Source: Candidatus Woesearchaeota archaeon (GTDB lineage: Archaea > Nanobdellota > Nanobdellia > Woesearchaeales > JBDRGA01). From it: a DNA stretch of 64,000 nucleotides. A program made the position numbers and the translations under genes. Location: contig JBDRGA010000016.1 of assembly GCA_043818175.1 (NCBI GenBank), positions 14,003 to 78,002 on the forward strand, given 5' to 3'. Position 1 is the first letter of the stretch, and the number at the start of each line of letters is the position of its first letter. Shown piece by piece: positions 18,594 to 27,204 of this stretch. The notes beneath the pieces are model-generated. The model ran no database searches. It worked only from the letters and a program-made list of their open reading frames with translations, and had not been told where the DNA came from.

Positions 18594-18989
18594 TCATGCG
18601 AGCGTGCCAATCTCAAAGCCATTGAGTGTACGTTCTGGCTTTCCCTGGCCGCCATGCTGAGCCAAAAATGCTTGCGTTGCGTCCTTTCCACACATGTTTA
18701 TTATGTTCTGCGAGCCCCCTGGATGCTGTTTAATCCAAGGAGTGAGGTCATAAACGACACCAGTTACTGCGCTCCAACATGCATCTGAAGTTCCGTGTGT
18801 CTGCACGTCTTGTAATGTGTACGTATCTTCTTGGGTTGTTGTGCTTGTTGGGTTTTCCGTCGCGGGCATTGTGCCGGTGGCTTGCTGCCCACTCTCTGTG
18901 GTTGTGATGTCAGTCTGTGATTTTGGCGTGCATGCTGTGATCACTAGCGCCACAAACAATAGTAATCCTAGTATTGTGTATATTTTCAT
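18594..18989 (-). CDS. Secreted lipoprotein with a cytochrome b5-like heme-binding domain
   Basis: Signal peptide plus lipobox (LLLFVALVITAC), a Thr-rich linker, then a HPGG motif typical of cyt-b5-like domains. The track ORF extends to 19115; I used the internal Met at 18989. Confidence 0.55.
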   Translation of the reverse strand: MKIYTILGLLLFVALVITACTPKSQTDITTTESGQQATGTMPATENPTSTTTQEDTYTLQDVQTHGTSDACWSAVTGVVYDLTPWIKQHPGGSQNIINMCGKDATQAFLAQHGGQGKPERTLNGFEIGTLA

Positions 18990-19059
18990 TGTTTTTGAAT
19001 ACCTCGGAAGTGAAAGAGTCAGTTCTGTAGATTTATAATACTTATGCACAATAAATACA

Positions 19060-21246
19060 TCAGTCAGAATACTCTGTATCAAGCACTTCGCGAATCCTTG
19101 CTGCTTTCTTTTCACCTATTAAGTCAACTTTCTGCAATTTTTCTTCAGATGCGGAAAGTAACTTCTTGGGCGTTTTGAACTTCTTGAGTAATGGTTTTGC
19201 AAGGGCAGGTCCAATACCAGGGAGTGAAGATATAAGATATTCCTGCTGTTCCTTCAGCGTTAATGGCTTTGCAGAATGCATTGTGAACTCCTTCTTCTTG
19301 TCTTCCTGAAATCGCTTTGCAATAACCCCAAATAATGCGGCAGTCTCTGCAGGACCAGAAGTTCTTAGCACAGGAATCTGAAAACTCAAAGCTAAAGTTG
19401 CAAGCATGCCCTGAATTGCAGAAGGATGCATATTCCTCTGCGCATACATATCTTCATCACCCTCAATGAGTATCAGTGGTTTCTGGTAAGCACGCAATCC
19501 TTTTGCCTGTGTAAGAAGCCGTCCATCAACAATACTATCAACAAAATCACGCACAGTCTTGAACTCAACACAAACATCCTCAGATAAAAGGTAATCTCCT
19601 ACTTCGAGTTGGGAGAGGTTAATAGTAAAGCCCTGTTCCGACAGGAGTTTTACTGTCTTTGATGCTTTCTCCCTGTGATCAACATAAATAGTCAATTTGT
19701 TGTCTGAGTAGTCCATAAGACTCCTTGTGCTCTTTTGGGGTGAGAAAGTTCTTTTCATCTCTTTCAATTCGCGATACATTCTAATCTCTTTATGGTGTGC
19801 GCTCCACCTGTGCGCTTCATCTCTTGTTCCCTTTGTTACTAGAACAACAACACGCCCTTTCTCCTGTCTCCCCGTTCTTCCTCTGCGTTGCACTGTTCTT
19901 ATTGCTGAAGGTACAGGTTCGTAGAATATCACCATATCCACTGCTGGAATGTCCAACCCTTCTTCTGCTACAGAAGTGGCCACTAAAACATTAAAACCTC
20001 CTTCCCTGAACGATTGCAATGTTGCCTGTTGTTTTTTCTGCGACATACCCGTATCTGCTTTCATCTGTTGGCCTACAAATATCTTGCAAGGTATCTTCTC
20101 TGTTTCGAGAGCGCGCACAAGCACAGATGCCTGGTCTCTGTATTGATTAAACAATATTATCTTAACCTCTTTATTGATGACATATTCATTCCTGATAAGC
20201 CGCACGGCTTCGCCGAGTTTCGGATGCTCAACTCCTTCCTCGAGAAGACGCGACGCCAAAAGGTGTGCCGCCTTAACATCTAGATGCTGCATCAGGTTCT
20301 TCACTGCTTTCACATTGGTGCTTCTAGACTGTTCGGAAAGTTTGTCAAGGTAGGCAACAACCGAAGCCACACCTTGTGTTTCCGCTAATTCTATGGCGTG
20401 CTGAACTTTCGTTGCCTGCGCAATAAGAGATAATGCTTTCATGGCAGTAAAATCTCTGTCGCGAGATACTGACGCACCAAGCGCGCGTTGAAGATGAAGC
20501 AAGTCCACTTTGTTCATCTGTGAACTATTATTTGGGGCGTGGCCCGTGGCAGCAAGCTGAGTCATTGCGTCGTCGTATGCTTTTTTCAAGTAATCTCTCA
20601 GCGCCAAAATCTTTGGGTGTGGTGTTAAGGTAACCCAATCCACGTTGATTTCCTGCACGTACTGTTTTACGTCGGGGTCTTCTTCTGTTCTTACTTCTAT
20701 ATCTTCAATATGAAGATTCTGCATTACTTCTTGAATGTCTTCTTTCCTGCTTCCCGGGCTTGCAGTTAGTGCGAGAAGTCTGGCGTGTGATGCTGACGCA
20801 AAATACCTCTTTGCAATAAAGACATAACCATAATCACCCACTGCTCTGTGCGCTTCATCCACTACGAGAAGCGAGACTGAGTCGAGTTTTATCCGTTTCG
20901 TGAGTATGTCGTTTTCAAGTCCTTGTGGTGTTGATATTACAACGCGCGCATCCTTCCACAATTCCTCTCGTGTTTCTGGTTTTACGTGGCCTGTGAACAA
21001 AACTATACGTTCCTCTGGAATGTCAAGATGATTTCGAAAACTGGCGGCGTGCTGCTCACATAAAGGTCTTGTGGGAGCCAACACCAACACTTTCGATCCA
21101 GAATAATGCTCTAGGCGGTGTGCGGCAAGCATCACGGCCACCATCGTTTTTCCCAGCCCCGTGGGCAAAACAACTAAAGTGTCGTGCTTTACTGCAGTGG
21201 CTAGAATTGTCTGCTGATATAGCCTTGGCTCGAACCCTTTAATCAT
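19060..21246 (-). CDS. hef: Hef: helicase-associated endonuclease for fork-structured DNA (SF2 helicase + ERCC4/XPF nuclease + HhH2)
   Basis: LPTGLGKT Walker A, VVDEAH DEAH box, a helicase C domain, an ERCC4 nuclease motif (IYVDHREKAS...) and C-terminal helix-hairpin-helix repeats. At ~728 aa from the internal Met (MIKGFEPRLYQQ), the size matches Pyrococcus Hef. Confidence 0.8.
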   Translation of the reverse strand: MIKGFEPRLYQQTILATAVKHDTLVVLPTGLGKTMVAVMLAAHRLEHYSGSKVLVLAPTRPLCEQHAASFRNHLDIPEERIVLFTGHVKPETREELWKDARVVISTPQGLENDILTKRIKLDSVSLLVVDEAHRAVGDYGYVFIAKRYFASASHARLLALTASPGSRKEDIQEVMQNLHIEDIEVRTEEDPDVKQYVQEINVDWVTLTPHPKILALRDYLKKAYDDAMTQLAATGHAPNNSSQMNKVDLLHLQRALGASVSRDRDFTAMKALSLIAQATKVQHAIELAETQGVASVVAYLDKLSEQSRSTNVKAVKNLMQHLDVKAAHLLASRLLEEGVEHPKLGEAVRLIRNEYVINKEVKIILFNQYRDQASVLVRALETEKIPCKIFVGQQMKADTGMSQKKQQATLQSFREGGFNVLVATSVAEEGLDIPAVDMVIFYEPVPSAIRTVQRRGRTGRQEKGRVVVLVTKGTRDEAHRWSAHHKEIRMYRELKEMKRTFSPQKSTRSLMDYSDNKLTIYVDHREKASKTVKLLSEQGFTINLSQLEVGDYLLSEDVCVEFKTVRDFVDSIVDGRLLTQAKGLRAYQKPLILIEGDEDMYAQRNMHPSAIQGMLATLALSFQIPVLRTSGPAETAALFGVIAKRFQEDKKKEFTMHSAKPLTLKEQQEYLISSLPGIGPALAKPLLKKFKTPKKLLSASEEKLQKVDLIGEKKAARIREVLDTEYSD

Positions 21247-21307
21247 AATGAAACAGAAAAGGAAGAATCGTTTAATTGCTTTTCCTCCGAAAAAAAGAGG
21301 AAAAAAT

Positions 21308-21562
21308 TTATCGCTTCTTGACAGTGCGTTTCCTGCCACGCGCCATCTTTGCGCGGCTGATGTCGCCCTGACTGTCTACGAAGTACAGGTATCCTGACTC
21401 CTTCTTGACGCCTGCCTTGGCTACCTTCTCGCGTTTGGCTTTTCCTTTCTTCTTGCCACCACCGCGGGCCATCTGTGCGCGGGAGATGTCTCCCTGCTTG
21501 TCGACGAAGTACAGGTAACCGTACTGTTTCTTAACTCCTACTTTTGCAACCTTTTGTGCCAT
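21308..21562 (-). CDS. Small basic protein built from two tandem ~36-aa repeats (VAKxGVKKxxGYLYFVDxQGDISRAxMARG)
   Basis: Directly visible internal duplication; Lys/Arg-rich with no Cys; possibly nucleic-acid binding. Function unknown. Confidence 0.45.
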   Translation of the reverse strand: MAQKVAKVGVKKQYGYLYFVDKQGDISRAQMARGGGKKKGKAKREKVAKAGVKKESGYLYFVDSQGDISRAKMARGRKRTVKKR

Positions 21563-21683
21563 GGTTTGTTATCCCTCCACTATACTGGATTATCGTCTTC
21601 CCGAGGAATTGCATATATAAAGGTTTTGGTTTTCTCGACGGTGCGGCCTCCATATTTATATTTCAACAGGAATTCCTAAAGGA

Positions 21684-21959
21684 ATGGCAGACTTGTTTGT
21701 CTCGGCTCTTGGCATTATGGACGTGCTATCCGGGCTTGGTGCAGTGCTCATAGGCCTTGATATTTTTGGATTGAGGGCGGGCGTGGGAATTGCCATGTAT
21801 CTAGTGCTTAAGGCAATAGTATTCAGATTCGAGATTCTTTCCACTATTGACGCGCTTGCTGGCCTTGTGGTGCTTATTGGCTCTCTGCTCCCTTTAGGAA
21901 TAGTTTTCTGGGTTGGAGCAGGTTACCTCATCGGAAAGGGTGCTTATTCTCTCCTTTAA
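21684..21959 (+). CDS. Small membrane protein (about 3 TM helices)
   Basis: 91-aa hydrophobic ORF. A TATTTATAT element lies ~25 bp upstream of the ATG. Confidence 0.45.
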   Translation: MADLFVSALGIMDVLSGLGAVLIGLDIFGLRAGVGIAMYLVLKAIVFRFEILSTIDALAGLVVLIGSLLPLGIVFWVGAGYLIGKGAYSLL

Positions 21960-22693
21960 GACTTCTCAAATGCTCTTGTGTATAACCAGGTGGCAAGAGC
22001 GGCCAGAACTACGGCCAGAATTACACCCCCAACACCACCTATGAGTGCGAGAAAACCATAGAAGAACACGAACGTGAAAACAAACGCCCAACCCATTCTT
22101 GAAGTCTTGAACAAATCAAGCCCTTGGTTCCACGGAAGGGGCAGAAGCATACCCACACCCAACCACCACGAGAGAAGTAGCAGGTCTCTCGCCAGTTCGG
22201 CACCAGATGCATAATATATTAGTTTGAAGAGTAAAACTCCAAGCACGGATACTAACGCGCCACCCGCAACTATTTTGGCAAGGTCTCCGTGGTTCCTCCA
22301 GTATCTAAACTGCCCGAGGCGCAGCCGTTCATGATGGTGCGCGTAGAACGTGCCAATGAATAGCCAGGGCGTTATTATTGTAGGAACAAGAGGTTCGAGC
22401 ATGTACGCAAGATACAAACCAATCCCTAGCAAGATTATGCTCATTCTGAATTCAAGACGATAACCCATGGAAAGTGCGAGAACCTTCTGAAATCCCAAGA
22501 TTGCGTACAGAAGAATAAGAACAACAATAAGATATAATATGAACACACTTATCCAAGTTATCAACGAATATTCTCTCTCAAAAAATCTAGGTATTGAGAA
22601 TGTTATCGCAAGTACAATTGCAGTAACAACATAATTTCTGAATTCCTCATCAGACCAAGAATAGTGTGCCCTTGCCCTTGCGAAGATTCCCAC
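21956..22693 (-). CDS. Polytopic membrane protein, unknown function (downstream partner of TraB)
   Basis: 245 aa with 6-7 predicted TM segments, directly downstream of the TraB-family gene on the same strand. Confidence 0.5.
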   Translation of the reverse strand: MGIFARARAHYSWSDEEFRNYVVTAIVLAITFSIPRFFEREYSLITWISVFILYLIVVLILLYAILGFQKVLALSMGYRLEFRMSIILLGIGLYLAYMLEPLVPTIITPWLFIGTFYAHHHERLRLGQFRYWRNHGDLAKIVAGGALVSVLGVLLFKLIYYASGAELARDLLLLSWWLGVGMLLPLPWNQGLDLFKTSRMGWAFVFTFVFFYGFLALIGGVGGVILAVVLAALATWLYTRAFEKS

Positions 22694-22716
22694 GTCAGTG
22701 CCGCTGGGAAAGTCGT

Positions 22717-23358
22717 TTATATTGCTTTTGCTTTGGTTAGTGCTTCAAGTATTCCCGGCACGTGGCCTGCACCCACAACAGCCAGAACGTCTTTAGAAGC
22801 TAATGCTGCGAGATTGCGCGCCATATACTCATCTCTTTCAGAAACAAGAACTGCATAGAGTGAAGGATACGATTTTTTGAACATTTGCATCACTTCAAGT
22901 ATTAGTTTGTCTTCTGGCACTTTTCTTATGTCCAGACTAAACTTCTGCCTTCTTGGAATTATCATATCTCTAAAAAGTCGCAATTTCTCTCTGAACGTGA
23001 ACTTCTTGGAGAACCTTTTCATCGTTATTACTAGTGGACGGTCTATTAATGCTACAGGAACATTATTTTCAGAAGCAAGCTTGACTGCATGAAGCATCTC
23101 ACTTCCGGGATTCATACCTACAAATCTACCAAACTTGCCTTGAATCCAGCTTCCTATTAAAACAAACAAATAACCAGCAAGACCTATCTGTCTTATCAGG
23201 TTGGGACTTCTGGAAGACTTAATGTTGTTTTGAAGAGCATACAAACGTTGAGAATCAAGTTCGACAGCCACGATTTCAGGAATCCTTTCCTTGAACGCCG
23301 CATTTATTGAATTAATAGAGTCCTTGGATACATGGGACGTGCCTAAAATACGAATCAT
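22717..23358 (-). CDS. TraB/PrgY/GumN family protein
   Basis: N-terminal ILGTSHVS (the GTxHxS hallmark), and the C-terminal AVVGAGHVPGI motif. Confidence 0.75.
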   Translation of the reverse strand: MIRILGTSHVSKDSINSINAAFKERIPEIVAVELDSQRLYALQNNIKSSRSPNLIRQIGLAGYLFVLIGSWIQGKFGRFVGMNPGSEMLHAVKLASENNVPVALIDRPLVITMKRFSKKFTFREKLRLFRDMIIPRRQKFSLDIRKVPEDKLILEVMQMFKKSYPSLYAVLVSERDEYMARNLAALASKDVLAVVGAGHVPGILEALTKAKAI

Positions 23359-23400
23359 GAACTTAAGATTAAGATAATGAATTAAAAGATTGCGAAATGA

Positions 23401-24213
23401 TTACGAAGTTGCCTTCATATTGTCCCAAGTGGTCTCAAACATGGACTTCAGGGCCTGGCCAAAGGACGGTGTCGTTGCCCAGATTCCAGCATCATATGAT
23501 GGATGTACGTTTTCATCGTGCAAAAACATGAACGCCACTTGTTTGTCGTCAACAATGCAGAATCTCGCCTTCTGATCTTTTTGAGTTCGAACTTCGGCCA
23601 CGGCCTTCAAAGACTCGATTGCTCTCTTTGTCTTTGCTGTTAGGGGGGCAGATATTCTTATTGATACGCCCCTGTCCTTTGCTTTCTTGAAGGACAGCAT
23701 CAACTGCTCGCTCTTCTTTACTATACCTTCTTCGCTCGTTACAAGAATTATTGAATGCTTTGCTTCGTTGATCATATACTCCAAATGGTCTGTGAGGCTG
23801 TCCCTTCCTTTTATGGATCCTGCCATATCTGAAGGATTAATCATTTCAATGCCTTGAGAATGAAGAATGGAAAGTTCAGTAAGGACTTCAGAACCTTTTA
23901 TTTCATCCATCATTTGGATATGTGTTTCTGAATCCTCTTTTATGCGCTTCTTGACACGTTCAAGAACCTCGTTTGGTTGAATGGCAAGGTACTTTATGGG
24001 TTTTCCAACCTTCATCATGATGAAGCCCTTCTTTTCGAGGGACTCAAGAACATCGTAGCTTCTGCTTCTGGGAACATTTGCTATGTCGCTTAGCTCGCCA
24101 GCAGTGCTTACGCCACGGCTGAGCAAAGCTGCCCAGATCTTTGCTTCGTAGCTGTTAAGCCCGAAATCCTTCAGTTTCTTGAGGAATCTTTCATTCACGA
24201 CCATTATCGTCAC
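23401..24213 (-). CDS. TrmB family transcriptional regulator
   Basis: N-terminal wHTH (LGLNSYEAKIWAALLSRGVSTAGELSDIANVPRSRSYDVLESLEKKGF), a coiled-coil and a C-terminal effector domain. Confidence 0.8.
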   Translation of the reverse strand: MTIMVVNERFLKKLKDFGLNSYEAKIWAALLSRGVSTAGELSDIANVPRSRSYDVLESLEKKGFIMMKVGKPIKYLAIQPNEVLERVKKRIKEDSETHIQMMDEIKGSEVLTELSILHSQGIEMINPSDMAGSIKGRDSLTDHLEYMINEAKHSIILVTSEEGIVKKSEQLMLSFKKAKDRGVSIRISAPLTAKTKRAIESLKAVAEVRTQKDQKARFCIVDDKQVAFMFLHDENVHPSYDAGIWATTPSFGQALKSMFETTWDNMKATS

Positions 24214-24565
24214 CTGTTAATGGGAATGTTTGTTGTATATATAAGCGTTTCGACATTTGACTATTGAGTAGTGATTACAAATTGTGGATGTTATGTGACC
24301 CTCCTGTTGCACTTGGAAACGCGAAAATCAAAATAAACGAACTTTTTCGAATGATGTTTATATATAATATATAATATATTTCAATATTGAAAAATAATAA
24401 TAAGAGTTCTCATTTCTGATATTAAACAAGAAAACAGTCGCAAGCCATATAAGAAAGTTCCATAGGAAATGAAGGGGTGTCTCTTCATCACTCGAAACCA
24501 ACAATTCCCTTACTTATATTCTCGTAGCGCAATCCTTAAATAGGGGTGTGTTTCGAGTGCAACGT
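24214..24565. other. Putative replication origin (oriC): ORB element, AT-rich unwinding region and inverted repeats upstream of orc1/cdc6
   Basis: A full ORB-like box GTTCCATAGGAAATGAAGGGGTG lies at ~24457-24479. A ~70-bp >85% AT stretch at 24355-24420 contains the palindrome TTTCAATATTGAAA. Inverted repeats GTTGCACTTGGAAAC (24306-24320) and GTTTCGAGTGCAAC (24550-24563) flank it. The layout matches the Pyrococcus cdc6-polD origin. Confidence 0.55.
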
Positions 24566-25771
24566 ATGGGGAATTTGAAGAATTATTTCGAGGCATACCT
24601 GAACACAACAAGCATTTTTAGTGATAAACATGTGCTTCAGAGCAACTACTTTCCAACCGAAGTAAATCATCGGAACGAACAGATAACTCAAGTGGCTAAA
24701 ATACTCGCTCCAGCACTTCGCGGCGAGAAACCGAGCAACCTATTTATTTATGGAAAAACAGGAACCGGAAAGACACTTTGCGTGAAACACACAACAAGTC
24801 AGATGTCCAAGGTGGCATCTGAGAAAGGAATTGCATTAAAAGTGTGTTATTTGAACTGCAAACTCAAGAAGATTGCAGATACAGAATACAGGCTTATTGC
24901 ACAGCTCGCGAGAGAATTTGGCAAGGCGATTCCACCAACAGGACTACCAACGGACGAAGTTTACAACACTTTCTTTTCTGCTCTAGATGCCGAGAAACAA
25001 ATAGTATTGTTGGTTCTGGACGAAATTGACCAATTGGTTAAGAAAGCAGGGGATGAAATAATATACAATCTCACAAGAATAAATTCAGACCTTAAGAACT
25101 CACAAGTGAGCATTATAGGAATAAGTAATGATTTAATGTTCAGTAACAATCTAGACCCACGCGTCAAGTCGAGTTTGAGTGAAGAGGAGCTTCTCTTTCC
25201 ACCATACAACGCGCTTCAGATCCAGGAAATACTAAAAGAAAGAGCAGACATCGCATTCAAAGAAGGAGCACTCCAGGAAGGAGTAATACAAAAATGTGCA
25301 GCATATGCTGCAAGGGAACACGGTGATGCGAGAAGAGCACTAGAACTGTTAAGAGTTGCAGGAGAACTGGCAGAAAGAAGCCAACAGGAACAAGTAACAA
25401 CAGAACAGATAGACAGCGCAGAGGATAAGATAGAGCACGACAGAGTGTATGAATTGGTAAAAACACAACCAAAACAACACCAACTCGTACTTTTCAGCAT
25501 TTTAAACATAAAACCAGAGAACTCACAAACCCAAATTTATACAGGAGAAGTTTACGATTATTACAAAGGGCTCTGCGACCAGGTTAGCCAAAGACCATTG
25601 ACGCAAAGAAGAGTCAGTGATGTAATACAGGAAATGGACATGTTGGGCATAATAAATGCAAACGTGATAAGCAAAGGCCGTTTTGGCCGGACAAGAGAAA
25701 TAAGTCTTGCGATACATCATTCCCTGAAGACAAAAATAATGACCACGTTGAAAGATGAAGTATTCTCCTGA
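24566..25771 (+). CDS. cdc6: Orc1/Cdc6 replication initiator
   Basis: AAA+ Walker A GKTGTGKT, Walker B LVLDEID, sensor motifs and a C-terminal winged helix. The track ORF starts at a GTG at 24548; I used the ATG at 24566. Confidence 0.88.
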   Translation: MGNLKNYFEAYLNTTSIFSDKHVLQSNYFPTEVNHRNEQITQVAKILAPALRGEKPSNLFIYGKTGTGKTLCVKHTTSQMSKVASEKGIALKVCYLNCKLKKIADTEYRLIAQLAREFGKAIPPTGLPTDEVYNTFFSALDAEKQIVLLVLDEIDQLVKKAGDEIIYNLTRINSDLKNSQVSIIGISNDLMFSNNLDPRVKSSLSEEELLFPPYNALQIQEILKERADIAFKEGALQEGVIQKCAAYAAREHGDARRALELLRVAGELAERSQQEQVTTEQIDSAEDKIEHDRVYELVKTQPKQHQLVLFSILNIKPENSQTQIYTGEVYDYYKGLCDQVSQRPLTQRRVSDVIQEMDMLGIINANVISKGRFGRTREISLAIHHSLKTKIMTTLKDEVFS

Positions 25772-27204
25772 TGGACCCCGAACTCATCAAACGGCTTCTT
25801 GAGAAGAACATTCTGGTGTCGCCAGACACCACAGATGAAGAAGCCAGAAGGCTACTTGGCGATGCACCAGAAACCAAATTAGTTATCAATCCAAACGAAG
25901 CACCGGAATTGAATATAGTTTATGATTTCAACGAACCGCCAAAGAAACGCACAGTTCAGGACTTTGTAGGGTTATTTAATGCGAGATTCCGCGAGCTTGA
26001 AGGAATACTGAGGAATCGTGTTGAACTACAGAACCTTACCAGCATTTCGAGAGCCAAGAAAATGCAGGCCAGAGAAAGAACAGCAATTATTGGAATGGTT
26101 CTGGACAAGCGCGAAACAAAAAATCACAACATAATACTTGTCATGGAAGACCAGACCGGAAGCATAACAACAATATTCACTCAGAAAAACAAAGAAACGT
26201 TTGAAATGGTCAAAGACATAATGCTGGATGAAGTAATAGGCATAACAGGCCAGACCGCAGGAGATGCAATCTTTGCTGATAAAATAATTTTGCCAGATGT
26301 GCCAGTAACAAAAGAACTCAGAAAAGCACAAGAGGATGAATATTTGGTCGTGCTTGGAGACCCACACATAGGAAGCAAACGATTTCTAAGACACAGCTTC
26401 GGAAAGTTTCTCCAATGGATAAATGCAGAGGCGGGCACACCAGAACAAAGAGATAATGCGAAAAAAGTAAAACACATAATTGTTACTGGTGATTTGGTTG
26501 AGGGAGTCGGAATTTATCCAAACCAGGAAAGGGACTTGGAAATTCCAGACATACGTGCACAGTACGAAGCCCTAACGAGTATAATCAGTCAGATTCCACA
26601 ACGAATACGGATAACGATGTTCACAGGCAACCACGATTCTGGCAGGATGGCAGAACCCCAACCCGCCCTGGGAGACTATTATTCAGAAACGTTGCACAAA
26701 TTACCAAACGTGACGTTCGTAAGCAATCCAAGCGTAGTCAACATAGGCAGAACAGACAAGTTTGAAGGATTTGATTTGCTTCTTTACCATGGATATAGTT
26801 TAGGATACTACGGGACAAATATACCAAGCGTCAGAGCGGCAGGAGGCATGACGCGCGCGGACCTAATCATGAAATACTTTCTTCAGAGAAGACACCTTGC
26901 GCCATCTCACAAGAGCACACTGTATGTTCCCACACCTCAGAAAGACCCGCTAGTAATATCCACAATTCCCGACTTCTTCATAACCGGGCACACCCACTGT
27001 GTTACTGTAACCAATTACAGAAATATTACTTTAATTAATGGCAGTTGCTGGGCGGGAATGAGTGAAGACCAGGAAAAGAGAGGAATAACACCAGCTCCAG
27101 CAAGAATAATTCTGGTGAACTTGAAGACAAGAGCAGTAAAGATAATGAATTTCATGGACAAGACAGACATAGAAGAAGGAAGGAGCCTGGAGCTGGTTGC
27201 ATGA
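25771..27204 (+). CDS. polB: DNA polymerase D small subunit (DP1; Mre11-like phosphoesterase)
   Basis: 477 aa; OB domain plus calcineurin-like phosphoesterase motifs (VVLGDPHIG, GDLVEGVG, GNHD, GHTH). Confidence 0.85.
   Translation: MDPELIKRLLEKNILVSPDTTDEEARRLLGDAPETKLVINPNEAPELNIVYDFNEPPKKRTVQDFVGLFNARFRELEGILRNRVELQNLTSISRAKKMQARERTAIIGMVLDKRETKNHNIILVMEDQTGSITTIFTQKNKETFEMVKDIMLDEVIGITGQTAGDAIFADKIILPDVPVTKELRKAQEDEYLVVLGDPHIGSKRFLRHSFGKFLQWINAEAGTPEQRDNAKKVKHIIVTGDLVEGVGIYPNQERDLEIPDIRAQYEALTSIISQIPQRIRITMFTGNHDSGRMAEPQPALGDYYSETLHKLPNVTFVSNPSVVNIGRTDKFEGFDLLLYHGYSLGYYGTNIPSVRAAGGMTRADLIMKYFLQRRHLAPSHKSTLYVPTPQKDPLVISTIPDFFITGHTHCVTVTNYRNITLINGSCWAGMSEDQEKRGITPAPARIILVNLKTRAVKIMNFMDKTDIEEGRSLELVA

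Noticed and set aside
19727-20283. Several 65-90-aa plus-strand ORFs inside hef
   Set aside because: They are antisense to a well-supported 728-aa helicase-nuclease gene.
25216-26477. Minus-strand ORFs inside cdc6 and DP1 (25216-25509, 25614-25889, 26026-26367, 26181-26477)
   Set aside because: They are antisense to genes with strong homology; the translations are Cys/Ser/Leu-rich low-complexity artefacts.
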